Origin: Eledone cirrhosa
Taxonomy: Eukaryota
NCBI GenBank assembly: GCA_964016885.1
Contig: OZ024740.1
Span: 153,078,001-153,142,000, forward strand
Reading direction: 5' to 3'
DNA length: 64,000 bases
The position numbers and the translations under genes were made by a program. The notes under the pieces are model-generated. The model was not told the origin of the DNA, did no database searches, and worked only from the letters and a program-made list of their open reading frames with translations. This document shows positions 52,246 through 64,000 of this stretch, one piece after another (within the stretch, counting starts at the first letter, position 1; every line of letters starts with the position of its first letter).

Positions 52246-52975
52246 TCTATATATATAAAACTGAGGTTTTCTGTCTGTCTACTAAAACCTTCGGCACACA
52301 TCTCCTCTTAAACCGTACGTTCAAATTTCGGTGAAATTGCTACACTTATAGATGAAGGTCCGGCGGAACCATCGGTCAAATAAATTTTCAAATCGACCCA
52401 CGCCAAGTGTAAAAATCGAATTTGTAATGTATTGATTTTTCAGTTCAAATGTATAAATAGAGATGAGAGACGAGTTATTTCCCTTTTATGGCGTCATTTG
52501 CTTATCTATTTATGTTACGTATAAACGACGCGGTGGACCGAGAAGAACAATTTCATGCAAAGTATTTTCACCAAACTTAAGACATAGGTTACTCATATGT
52601 ACTCCGGATGGTCATGGACACTTTCATTTTTCCAGATATTGATTATAGGGCATCCCGGCGGATAACGCCCTTTAACCACTTCCTTGGAGTCGACTGAAGC
52701 ACTGCAGTGCAATGCAAAGAAAACGTCATAACTTCTGGAGTTCGCAACCGATTTTCACAAAACTTGACACATGGGATACGTTTGTTCTACAGATGAATGT
52801 GAACTCTCAGAATTGGCACATATTGAGTAGGGGACCCCTGAGGGCAGGAACCCCCTTTTGGAAAAAGTCGATGAGTTTATAAAAGTATAGTTTTCGAAGC
52901 AGCACTGAAGTATTGACATAAATGGTATACATAACTGCTATTTAATACCCGAGCAACGCCGGGTACCTCTGCTAG
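52246..52975 (+). mobile_element. Non-autonomous Helitron, copy 2 (730-bp deletion derivative)
   Basis: Same termini as copy 1, with large internal segments missing. Confidence 0.88.
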
Positions 52976-55587
52976 TCTATATATAAAACTGAGGTTGTCT
53001 GTCTGTCTGCTGTCTGTCTATTAAAACGGTCGGCTGACATCTCCTCTTAAACCGTACGTTCAAATTTCGGTGAAATTGCTACACTTATAGAGGAAGGTCC
53101 GGCGGAGACATCGGTCAAAAGATTTTTCAAATCGACCTACGCCAAGTGCAAAAATCGAATTTGTAATGTATTGATTTTTCAGTTCAAATGTATAAATAGA
53201 GATGAGAGACGAGTTATTTCCCTTTTTTGGCGTCATTTGTTTATCTATTTACGTTACGAACAAACTACGCGTCCAAAAATACGCGAACAATTTTCGGGTC
53301 AGCAAAATTTTAACCTGCAAAATTCATGAGTTCGAAGTTTCAACATTAAGCTTCCATTTTGCTTAATTTCCATTAAAAAGTCTTTTAAAACAATATTTCA
53401 GCGCATCAGCCTCGCCATCACCCGAGGCAACACTGCGAGTGTGCTGGCTTGCCTCAAAAATCATTAGGGAGGTTGCCCAGTACTCGTGACGCTGCTGTCT
53501 TTTCTCTGGTGTTGGCTCTGTTGTTCACCCCTTCTTTTACATTTTCTTTAATATTGAAGGAATATATCTTTCATTGTATCATCCTTTGTAGTGTTACCGA
53601 GGCATTTGTAATGTTATTTATGTATATATTTAAAATATATTTGTTATGTTATTCTACTGTAAATTTATTTATGTGCTCTGTTTATATTTTCATTCTCACT
53701 ACCCTCAACAATCTATGAAACTACATACATGTTGCAACTCGCTCTCTCTATATATATATCACACACACACACATATACATATACATCTAAAGAGAGAAAG
53801 GGAGATATATATATATAGAGAGTGAGATAGGTCGTTATACAGAGAGAAGTACAAGCTAATCAGATAGAGAGAGAGAGAGAGAATGGCGACGAACACTGGT
53901 TCACACACACACACAAACACATATATATATAAAGAGAGAGAGAGAGATAGGTCGTTATACAGAGAGAGGTACAGCGTCCACATACTCCCTCCACAACACT
54001 GATATCAAAAAGTCCTCTTGTGAACGTGACCTGGGCATTACTGTCAGCAACGATTTGCGTTGGACAAAGCATGTCTCTAAGATTGTCAAGAAGGCCGAGG
54101 GTGTCTTGGCATCACTCAGCAAGACCTTTGTTAGCCGCTCTCCAGCCATCTATTTAAAACTGTATACAGCTATGGTACGACCACACTTGGAATTCGCATC
54201 ATCAGTCTGGAACCCCTATCTTGCTCAGAACATTGACCTCCTGGAAACTGTTCAGAGACGTGCAACCAAGCGCATACCCTCCATCAGACACCTACCATAC
54301 TCTGAACGCCTTGCTTCCCTGGGCATGGATTCATTGAAGCTCCGACGTCTGGCAATGGACTTGGTGAATACCCACAAAGTTTTTAACCATCTCGCCAATT
54401 GCAACCCTGAGCGCCTCTTTGATCTCCATGTGTCTAACACACGTGGACATGCCTACAAGATCAGAAAACAGCACAGCTCCCATGACTTTCGTAGACATTT
54501 TTTCACGCTCAGAGTTGCTGAAGCATGGAATAAACTGCCTGCGTCAGTTGTTAGCTGCCGAGACACTGCATCCTTTAAGACACTCATGCTTCCCGAAATA
54601 CGCCAAAACTACACCTGATGTACCCTTTCCATACACATGCACACATGTGTGTATCATGACTCGTACACTGTTCATTTTACTGATGTTTGTGCATTGCCCT
54701 ATGTACTGTACATGCACTTTTTTGATGAGTTGTGGTGCACCTGGGCACTGTACACAATATTTCATTATTGTTATTATTATTATATCGTGACTCTACACTG
54801 TTCATTTTCCTGACATTTGTACATTATTCTATGTACTATACATGCACCTTTGATGAGTTGTAGTGCACCTGAGCACTGTACACAATAATTTCATTATTAT
54901 TTTTATAATCAGATAGAGAGAGAGAGAATGGCGACGAACGCTGGTTCACACAGACACACAAACACATATATATATAAAGAGAGAGAGAGAGAGAGAGATC
55001 TGCGCGTTCTTTATTGTTCTCGACGGGATTTTAACTTTGCCTTAAAATAGTAAAAGTAAATAGTGAAGATTTAGGCCAGTACATACGTATGCGCCGACGG
55101 ACATACACATACATATACATACGCACACACAAATACACACGCGCGTCTGTGTGTGTAAACCTTATGCATTTCTACAGTATTTTCACCAAACTTAAGACAT
55201 AGGTTACTTATGTACTTCGGATGGTCATGGGCACTTTCATTTTTCCAGATATGGATTATAGGGCCTCCTGGCAGATAAACCCCTTTAACCACTTCCTTGG
55301 AGTCGACTGAAGCACTGCAGTGCAATGCAAAAAAACGTCATAACTTCTGGAGTTCGCAACCGATTTTCACAAAACTTGACACATGGGCGACGTTTGTTCT
55401 ACATATGAATGTGAACTCTCAGAATTGGCACATATTGAGTAGGGGACCCCTGGGGGCAGGAACCCCCTTTTGGAAAAAGCCGATTATTTTGTAAAAGTAT
55501 AGTTTTCCAAGCAGCACTGAAGTATTGACATAAATGGTATACATAACTGCTATTTAATACCCGAGCAACGCCGGGTACCTCTGCTAG
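52976..55587 (+). mobile_element. Non-autonomous Helitron, copy 3, interrupted by a CR1 fragment
   Basis: Direct CTAG|TC junction with copy 2; same 3' hairpin and CTAG. Confidence 0.88.
53973..54904 (+). mobile_element. 5'-truncated CR1 nested in Helitron copy 3, with duplicated 3'UTR end
   Basis: ORF 54055-54618 is highly similar to 63365-63926. Two cacctg-gcactgtacacaata-(TAT)n ends are present. Confidence 0.93.
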
Positions 55588-55699
55588 TAAATTCTAAAGG
55601 TATTTAAATTAAATAGAAGAAAATTAAAAACGTAATTTCAAGGGAGACTACTATTTTAACAGAGTTATAATGGCAACCTGAAGTTGTCCGCCATCATCC

Positions 55700-55956
55700 C
55701 AGGCTGAAGAGCCAAACTGTCAAAGTACCGGCCACTCTCTGATAGGTTTGTGGTCAAGCCTGTGGCAATGGAGACTTACGGCGTTCTTGGCCCCCAGCCC
55801 ACATCCCTACTCACTGCTATTGGAGTGGAGTTGGCTACCTGGTTGTGTGAGCTCGGTGACGTGGAGTGGTTCTTCCAGCGCAGCTCCTTAGCCTTCTTCC
55901 GGGGCAATGTCTCCTCCATCCTGTCGGCCAAAACCACAAGATGGACTGACACTTAA
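55700..55956 (+). mobile_element. C-terminal fragment of a CRE-like (restriction-like endonuclease) non-LTR retrotransposon
   Basis: KLSKY...KPVAMETYGVLG...FQRSSLAFFRGNVSSIL fits the K-x-x-KY...P-x-A-x-ET-x-G...QR-x-S-x-A-x-x-RGN pattern. Confidence 0.7.
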
Positions 55957-56089
55957 GTTTCATTTATGGTGATGGCATGTGGATTAGATTTACTTCCATG
56001 GTTATTAAATAGAGTGTTATCCGTCATACAAGTAAATTTGAAAGTGTACGTTGGACTTGGTGGGTAACAGTAGGTAAATAAATAAAAAT

Positions 56090-59000
56090 AACCGCTGTTC
56101 ATCCACATCGACATCACACTACTACAAAAACTGTCCTGTAAAAAATGACACTACTAAGGCAAAATGCCACAAGTGCAATGGAGCCCACCCCTATAACAAA
56201 CACTATTTAATTAACAACAGCACCACAAAATAAAAGTCCAAACAGCAATGTACCTATTAATAACTAAGAGAACTCAAAACAAACAGCTTCAAATATTGGC
56301 TCAAAAACAACTGAAAAAGTCAACAATAATAATAATGTTTCTACATGACTTGAACCTGTACAAAAAGGTATTTACAGAATTCTCTCTTTTTATATCAAAT
56401 ACATGCTATCATGGAACATCAAGGTGCCTCATGGTGATTAGATCAGAACTAATCTCTAAATTAGACATAATACAAAGGGAGTGTAACTCCATAGATATTG
56501 TGTTTATGTACATCAGAAAGATAGACTTTTATGTAGTAAATATTTATAACCCACCAAAAAGCACAGAGACAATAAAACATTTGAAGACTCCCTAGATACA
56601 TCTAATCCACAAAGCAAAGCAGGGGACTTTAATGCACATCATTCATTCTGAAATACTAACACCAGGAAAAACAGTATAAAAGAAGAATATCTCTTAGAGG
56701 TTATGAATAAACACAACTTTATTCTACATACAGTACCAGACTCCCCTACCTACAGAGATTTTAACAATAGAACCTCAACATTAGACCATTTCTATTCTTC
56801 TTTCCCAGCTTCTCTGTTTACAGAAAACTGGGAATTAAGCCACAATATGGACCACGCCACCAACACTTTTACTATTGCAATTCCTATAACCAACAAAAAC
56901 CTGAGCTATTGTCAAATACACCAACTAAAGTCTAAAGTAATAAAATATCAATTCACAAAACTGGATTAAGTTTACCAATTACTTTGAAGCAGAACTATCA
57001 CCCCACAACCAATTTTACAATGTTCAATCAGCTGAAGAGTGAAAAACAAACCTACAATTATTTGTTGACAAAATACAGGATACAATCACTGAGAAAGTTC
57101 CTTTTACGTATTCCGTTCCAAATAGCAATAAGGATAACAACTACAATAAGGCATGATGGAGTGAAGAACTAAAACAATTAAGAAGGGCAATAACTCAGTC
57201 ATTAAAAAAATGGAAATACCACTCTACATATTCCAATTATGAAACATAAAGGACTAAAGAAAAGGCAAATAAAACAAGTCAAAAATGATTTCTTGGCTAG
57301 CAAAGCTAACCTGGAGTCCATGGGTGATATATGGAGCATATACAACTTAATCAAACCTAAGCCCCCAAAACGAATCAAGAGCTATTGATACATGACCACA
57401 ATGGTGAGGTAATCTCAGACACTTCCAAACTCTCTTCGCTATTTGCAGAATCATATTTTGGCACCGCTTCATTTACAGAATCCACTAGCCATTATAATGC
57501 TTCTGATCGTCTAACACCAAATTGAACAAGAACTACTAACAGTTAAGGATAAATTGAAAATGGAAATGGCCACAGACCCTGATCCAATTTAATCATCAAT
57601 GAAACTTGGAGTGTAATACATCAAATAGAGCTAAACTTATTTAATAGAATAATTAAATTCCAACACCATCCAGATATATGGAAATTTACTCATACGTTAG
57701 TAATACCAAAACCAAATAAGGATAACTGCCACTCTACCAGATCATACCATCCAATAGCTTTACTAAGCATTCTTTCTAAAATGCTAGGAAAAATTTTAGG
57801 CAATAAATTGTCTTACTTGGAAAGTCAATGATAATTTTCCCCAAATCTCAGTTCAGATTTTGAGTGAATAACAACACTGAGAACTGTGTACATGAAATAA
57901 CCACATTCATCAGAAACTAAAAACTCTTGAAAAAGATCGACCAGCTTGATCTCACTAGACCTAAAGGGAGCTTATGACACTCTAGTCTAAAAATTATACA
58001 AATTCGAAATCCCCAAATATCTTTGTATCTGGGTTGAAAGCTTTCTCACTTTCCATAGTACAAATCTGATTCTTAGAAAGGAGAAAAGCAGAAATATTTA
58101 CCTTTTAAAGGGTCTCCCACAGGGATCACCGGTCTCACCCATTCTCTTTCTATATTACACAACAGACTTGTTTACATCTTTAAATAAAAAATTGTAAATG
58201 TATCAGGTTTTTGCAGATGATATCAACTTATATACTTCATCTAGTATCATCATCAACAATCAAACTAAATTATCCACAGCCCTATCTACAGCAACTGAAT
58301 GTACAAAACAAAATGGCCAACAATTTGATCCCTCTAAAACAACTGGTTCATTTCCATAATCCTGAATCCATCAATTATCGATGCAATGAAATATACTTGA
58401 TGAACTAACTACTGATATCACAAAAATCTATCAAGACACTAGGCATTTGGTTACAATCTGACTTGAAATCTGAAACTCATCTCAAACACGTACTGCAAAA
58501 AATGACTTCAACATGGCATACAATTAAAGTAATCTCAAAGAAATTCCACTGCCTAACATACAACCACTTGAGACTGTATAAGGGAGTCATCAATGCTCAA
58601 TTGTTGTATGGCCGCTGGGTTTGGGGACACACAAGTACTAGTTATCTTCAAGCTATTGATAGATTCCGTAACCAAATTGGCAAAACCATACTGTATACTA
58701 GGATATCCAAAACCTACTCCCAAGATAACGATTTTTCATGAAGCAGGGTTAACCCCAACTCAATTGTTGATAAAAGAGTCCAGGAAATGCAAATTGCTAA
58801 CTGCTCAGTTTAAATGCAAGTGAAAACAGCATGATACTTGGATTCCTCTGTAGTGGATACATGCGCAAAACCTTAGTGACATCACTTCTGCCTAAGTATA
58901 TGAGGCGCTAAAACTTTACTCAGTTGTCGCAGAAACTCCAAGTTGTCTAGACATGGTCATCGCAACTCCTTTGACCAGCAACTCAGGTTATCACTTCCAA

Positions 59001-59190
59001 CCTGCCAAGATTGATCAACTCAACTTGAACTACTATCGCCAACAACAGACAGGGCAGATTGACTTATATATTTTATATTTATACATACACCTGGGTAAAA
59101 TTACTTTTCCTCTTCCAACACACCTGTCTTTATTTGTGTGGCTTTCTTACTCATTCATTATTAGCAGTAATGGCCAAATAACTTAACAAA
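56090..59190 (+). mobile_element. Heavily degraded I/Jockey-group LINE
   Basis: Zinc knuckle KCHKCNGAHP; APE remnants NIYNPP, GDFNAHH and STLD; RT remnants YHPIALLS, DLKGAYD, GLPQGSPVSP and FADDI. Many stops. Confidence 0.8.
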
Positions 59191-59802
59191 TTACTTTGTT
59201 GTTAACAAACCACGTGTGGACATGGACGGGGAAAAACAAACAAAAAAAAACCAAATCACTACACCCCTTAGGCATCGCAGTAAGTACTCCACAAAACCTA
59301 TAAACAACAATATACACAGATTTATATACAGATACATACCACACGCATATACACACAAGTGAAAAGAAACCACACTATTTCGTGTGAGACACTATACCGG
59401 CCAATCTTACGTACATTTGTAAAATATTTCTGAACATTGACTTCGCTTCTAACCCACATACACCTTTTAATTATATATATATATAATTATATATTCGTGT
59501 GCAGATCTTTTTGTATACACACACACATAATACATAGGAAAACAGAAACAAAAATACAAAAACAAAACATAAACAAACATTTATCTCGTTAACTTACGCA
59601 GCATATTTATTTGTTTACATGCGCAGACTCTTTTGTACACACACACCACACACAGAATATTTAGGAAAACGGAAACAAAAATACACAAAAAACAAACATT
59701 TTATTTCTATCGTAATCAAGTGTGCTAAACCTATATTGTTTACATTCTGTGTTTTTCTACGAATGGGCAGAAATAACAAAATTGCCATGGTGATATCCAT
59801 GG

Positions 59803-61107
59803 ATGAAGCATGCGACAAAACGTCGATGTTCCAAAATAGAACATTGCCCAGAAAATCACACCTGTCATATCTGTACGGAACCCGAAAACTCGTTCCGTAA
59901 TCGTTGGGTCGAATGTGAAACCTGTCGCATCTCTGTCTGCCTTCAATGCGCCACAGGCTTCCGGAAGATCCCAGGCCAAAACAAGAAACATCATATTGCT
60001 ATGATGGATGGACTCTGGGAGATGGTCGAGCTAACAAATTGGTCCTTTCAGTGCCTGGACTGTATGTCTGCCTCTACCATTGCTGCTGAACAACAACAAC
60101 AAAAACCGAAGATAGTGTCTTCCTCTACCATTGTTCCTGAACAACAACAACAAAAACCGAAGATCGTGTCTTCCTCTTGTATGTCTGCCTCTACCATTGC
60201 TCCTGAACAACAACAACAAAAACCGAAGATCGTGTCTTCCTCTACCATTGTTCCTGAACAACAACAACAAAAACCGAAGCTCGTATCTTCCTCTACCATT
60301 GTTCCTGAACAACAGCAAAAACCAACGACCGTAGCTTCTGCTACCACCCCCGTTGAAAGACTTCATCAACAATAGCAACCCATGTCTTCCTCCCCCATTA
60401 CTTTTCAACAACATCAACCGATGACTGTGTCTTCCCCTACTATGCTTGCTGAAGAAGAAGAAAAATCGACCTTCAATATGGAGTTTGAGGAAATACGGCA
60501 AATGATTTCCGCTTTAAGCCGAGAAATAGCGGGAATAAAATCAAGTGTTCGTGTAGAACCTCACAATGAAGGATCTTACTGGAGTGCCTTGTTAAAAAAT
60601 CTCCGCGTACCTCATGTTGAACCTAGACGCATTGAGAATGCCACTGAATCTGCAAACCACGAAGTGATTGCCATTGGTGTACCAGAAGACATAGTTGATC
60701 TTCAGGCATTTTCTGCCAGTTCATCCAAATACTTGGGCTGTGCTCCCGCGAAGAGTGCTCTACGCCTTGGCCGACCAGGCCCGAAACCCAGGCTAATTAG
60801 ACTGTCTTTTTCGAACTCAACTGAGGCACGTTCATACCTTGTAGCCTCTGATAAAGCTAGGCGTGAAAGTCGGATTGCTTTCCGAACACGCCCTGGTCTT
60901 CCACCTGATGTCCGTCCAAAGTTGCGTACTGCAGCTTCCTTAAACCGCAGCTCGGCAGAACATGGAAGCTTCAGTCTACGTGATGATGAGCAGATATGGA
61001 AGTTTGTTAAGGCTGGTGAAACATGGGAAAGAGATACCAGCTGGTCTGAAAACACTGTACCCACAACAACTGACAATAAAAAAACTGAAAAAACTCTGGG
61101 AAACTAA
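59803..61107 (+). pseudogene. CR1 ORF1 (PHD finger, Gln-rich repeats, RRM-like region) with one in-frame stop
   Basis: CHIC...WVECETC...CLQC...FQCLDC. ORFs 59803-60375 and 60382-61107 share a frame and are split by a TAG at 60373. The RLG...KPRLI motif is present. Confidence 0.82.
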
Positions 61108-63926
61108 ATCAGAACAACTGCCATCCTCTGCACATAATCATATACTGGAATCAAGATACAAATTGTTGTCCTTGAATGCACGTACTCTATGCAATAAGAT
61201 TCATCTTTTTGACTCCTACGTCAAAAGTATCAAGTCTGACTTCATTACAGTCACGGAAACTTGGGCACATCCCTTACTCTGTGATGGAGTTTTCCACATA
61301 ACTAGCTACAACCTGTTTCGTAAAGACCGCATTAATCGTTGTGGTGGTGGTGTAATGGTCTACGTTCGGTCAAATTTGTCGGCAATTCCTTGTGTTTATT
61401 TGAACCAATCACAGCAGGAAGTTTTTTTCTGCGATATACGTATGACCATGTCATCACTGCTACTTGGAGTCATTTACCGTTCCCCAAATTACCACCAGGA
61501 CACTAAACTTTGTGATATCCTCAGAGCTGTTGCCAGTAAAACAGCCACTTATGTTTTTATTGCAGGAGACTTCAATCACCCTGAGATTGACTGGGAAACC
61601 TTTCGTTGGCCGCCAAGTGCAAATGAATTCCTTGAGCTAGTGCTGGACTCGAATTGGTCCCAAGTAGTCACCTCCCCAACAAGAGGTGACAGCACTTTGG
61701 ACCTACTCTTCACCATTACTCCTGAAATGGTCATTAGTGTTACTGCTAAGGAACCTTTAGGTGACTCTGATCATGCTATGATCATTGCCAATCTATCCCT
61801 CATAGGCAGTAAAAAGAACCACAACCATCTCCAAACTGCTCACTTTGACTGGAATAAAGCAGACTGGAACTGTTACTGCACCGAGCTGCAACGTCCAAAC
61901 TGGCTTGAGTTCTACGACTCTGGAGATGTCAACACTGTACTCCAGAACATCCTGAGCTCAATATGGACAGCATGTACAGCATCGGTGCCACGTAAGCGGA
62001 AAAAATATCCCAAAAGTGCAATTTGGGAGACTGCAGCAGTCCGTCTTGCCAGAAAAGAACGTCGCAATGCTGAACGTGAGTACAAACTGCACAAATCAGA
62101 CATCAATAGGAAGAGGCGAAATAAATCGTTCAACCACCTCAAACAGGTGACAACAAAAGGCAGTGCTTCAATTTGAGCAGCGCATAGCAACCAGCCCTGA
62201 CAGTAAGGTGTTCTGGAAGTATGTTCACTCAAAGCAGAGGCCTCACTCTCCAGTTGGTCCTCTTCACAATCCCCACACAAGCCAAGTTACTGACGACCCT
62301 AAGGAATGCGCAGAGCTCATTGCTGAATGCTATGCAGGCATTTTCACTATTGAAGACCAGAGTGTACCGTCTCCACCACCTATGACACCGGACTCTATTA
62401 CAACCATGGAATTTACACCTGCAATGCTGCGACGTCACCTAAAAAATAAACGCAACCATGTCTCTCCTGGTCTTGATGCTGTTACGTACCTGCTTCTTAA
62501 ACGTGGTGGGTACTTCCTTCTGCACCAGCTATCACGCTTCTTCCAATTCTGTCTGAACAACGGTGCTACTCCAGAACAGTGGAAAACTGCCAGTGTCATT
62601 CCTCTGTTCAAAAAGGGTGACCACACATCACCTGTGAACTATCGTCCAGTTAGTCTTACTAGTTGCATTGTCAAACTGATGGAATCCTATGTCAGAGAAA
62701 CACTTTGGAACTTCTGGAACTCTCACAGTCTTATCTGGTCCTCGCAATTTGGATTTATCCCCAACTCCAGTTGCTGTGATCAACTTATCGAGTTTCTTGA
62801 AGACATCACCGGGATCACTGATGGCGGCTCATGGGTGGATGTTGTTTACCTTGACTTTGCGAAAGCTTTCAATTCTGTGCTACACAAAAGGCTTATGGCA
62901 AAACTCTCTGCAATGGGTGTGAAGGATGATCTTTTTAACTGGTTGAAATCCTTCATTCTCAGTCGAAGAGAGGTAGTCACGGTTCTGGGACAGCATTCCT
63001 CACCATATGAGATGCCATCTGGTGTACTACAGGGATCTGTTCTTATCCCCCTTTTGTTTGTGGCATATATTAATGACATAGATGCCAACTTAAAGAGTGT
63101 CACAGTACTAAAGTACGCAGATGACATCAAGCTGTACCTTGAGATAAAAAGGACAGATCCTGAACACTATAGGTCTTGCTTGCAGTCTGACCTGGACACA
63201 ATGCAACAATGGATCTCAGACTGGCAACTCAAGCTAGCTGTGGACAAGTGCACCGCCATGCATTTTGGGAGTAAAAACCCAGCGTCCACATACTCCCTCC
63301 ACAGCACTAATATCAAGAAGTCTTTTTGTGAACGTGACCTGGGCATTACGGTCAGCAGCGATTTGCGTTGGACGAAGCACATCTCTAAAATTGTCAAGAG
63401 GGCTGAGGATGTCTTAGCATCACTCAGGAAGACCTTTGTCAGCTGCTCTCCAGCTATCTATTTAAGGCTGTACATGGTTATGGTGCGGCCACATTTAGAA
63501 TTTGCATCACCAGTCTGGAACCCCTATCTTGCTCAGAACATTGACCGCCTGGAAACTGTTAAGAGACGTGCAACCAAGCGCATACCCTCCATCAGGCATC
63601 TACCATACTCTGAACACCTTGCTTTCCTGGGCATGGATACATTGAAGCTCCGACGCCTGGCAATTGACTTGGTAAATACCCACAAAATTGTTAACCATCT
63701 TGCCAACAACAACCCTGAGTACCTTTTTGATTTCCATGTGTCTAACACTCGTGGACATGCCCACAAAGTCAGAAAACAGCACAGTACCCATGACTTTCGG
63801 AAACATTTTTTCACGCTTAGAGTTGCTGAAGCATGGAACAAACTACCTGCATCAGTTGTTAGCTGTCGAGACACTGCATCCTTTAAAACCTCCATGCTTC
63901 CCGAGATTCGCCAACACTACACCTAA
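60962..63926 (+). pseudogene. CR1 ORF2 (APE + RT), frameshifted near 62160
   Basis: APE motifs SLNARTL, VTETW, GDFNHP, LDL and SDH. RT motifs NYRPVSLTS, LDFAKAFN, GVLQGSVL and YADD. Confidence 0.9.
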
Positions 63927-64000
63927 TGTTCCCCCTCCATACACATACACACATGTATATCATGATTCATACACTATTCACTTCCCTGACATTTGTATAT

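Larger units (their letters stand above)
59480..64000 (+). mobile_element. Near-full-length CR1-clade LINE (5' boundary uncertain; 3'UTR runs off the window)
   Basis: ORF1 with PHD, ORF2 with APE and RT, and a CR1-type C-terminus RGH...FFTLRV...WNKLP. Confidence 0.93.

Overview
AT-rich, microsatellite-rich animal genomic DNA. The repeat content (RTE LINEs with (GAT)n tails, a recurrent SINE-like core, CR1, Penelope) suggests an octopus or other coleoid cephalopod, which is an inference. The only host gene I can support is the 5' part of STT3B (oligosaccharyltransferase catalytic subunit) on the minus strand: exon 1 at 34195-34367 and exon 2 at 4881-4989, joined in phase across a 29,205-bp intron. 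Later exons were not found and probably lie outside the window. The rest is mostly transposon-derived. It includes an RTE LINE with an open 1002-aa ORF carrying a PHD-like finger after the RT, several broken RTE copies, a Penelope-like element with a hammerhead core, a full-length dead mariner, a head-to-tail Helitron array, CRE-like and I-group remnants, and a near-complete CR1 with a PHD ORF1. The least explained structure is a ~2-kb foldback (two ~0.9-kb near-identical inverted arms, 174-bp spacer, ~43-bp flanking direct repeat) at 47.2-49.4 kb. Short (AT)n-centred palindromes also recur across the window. Boundaries of degraded elements are approximate, and all identities were judged by eye.
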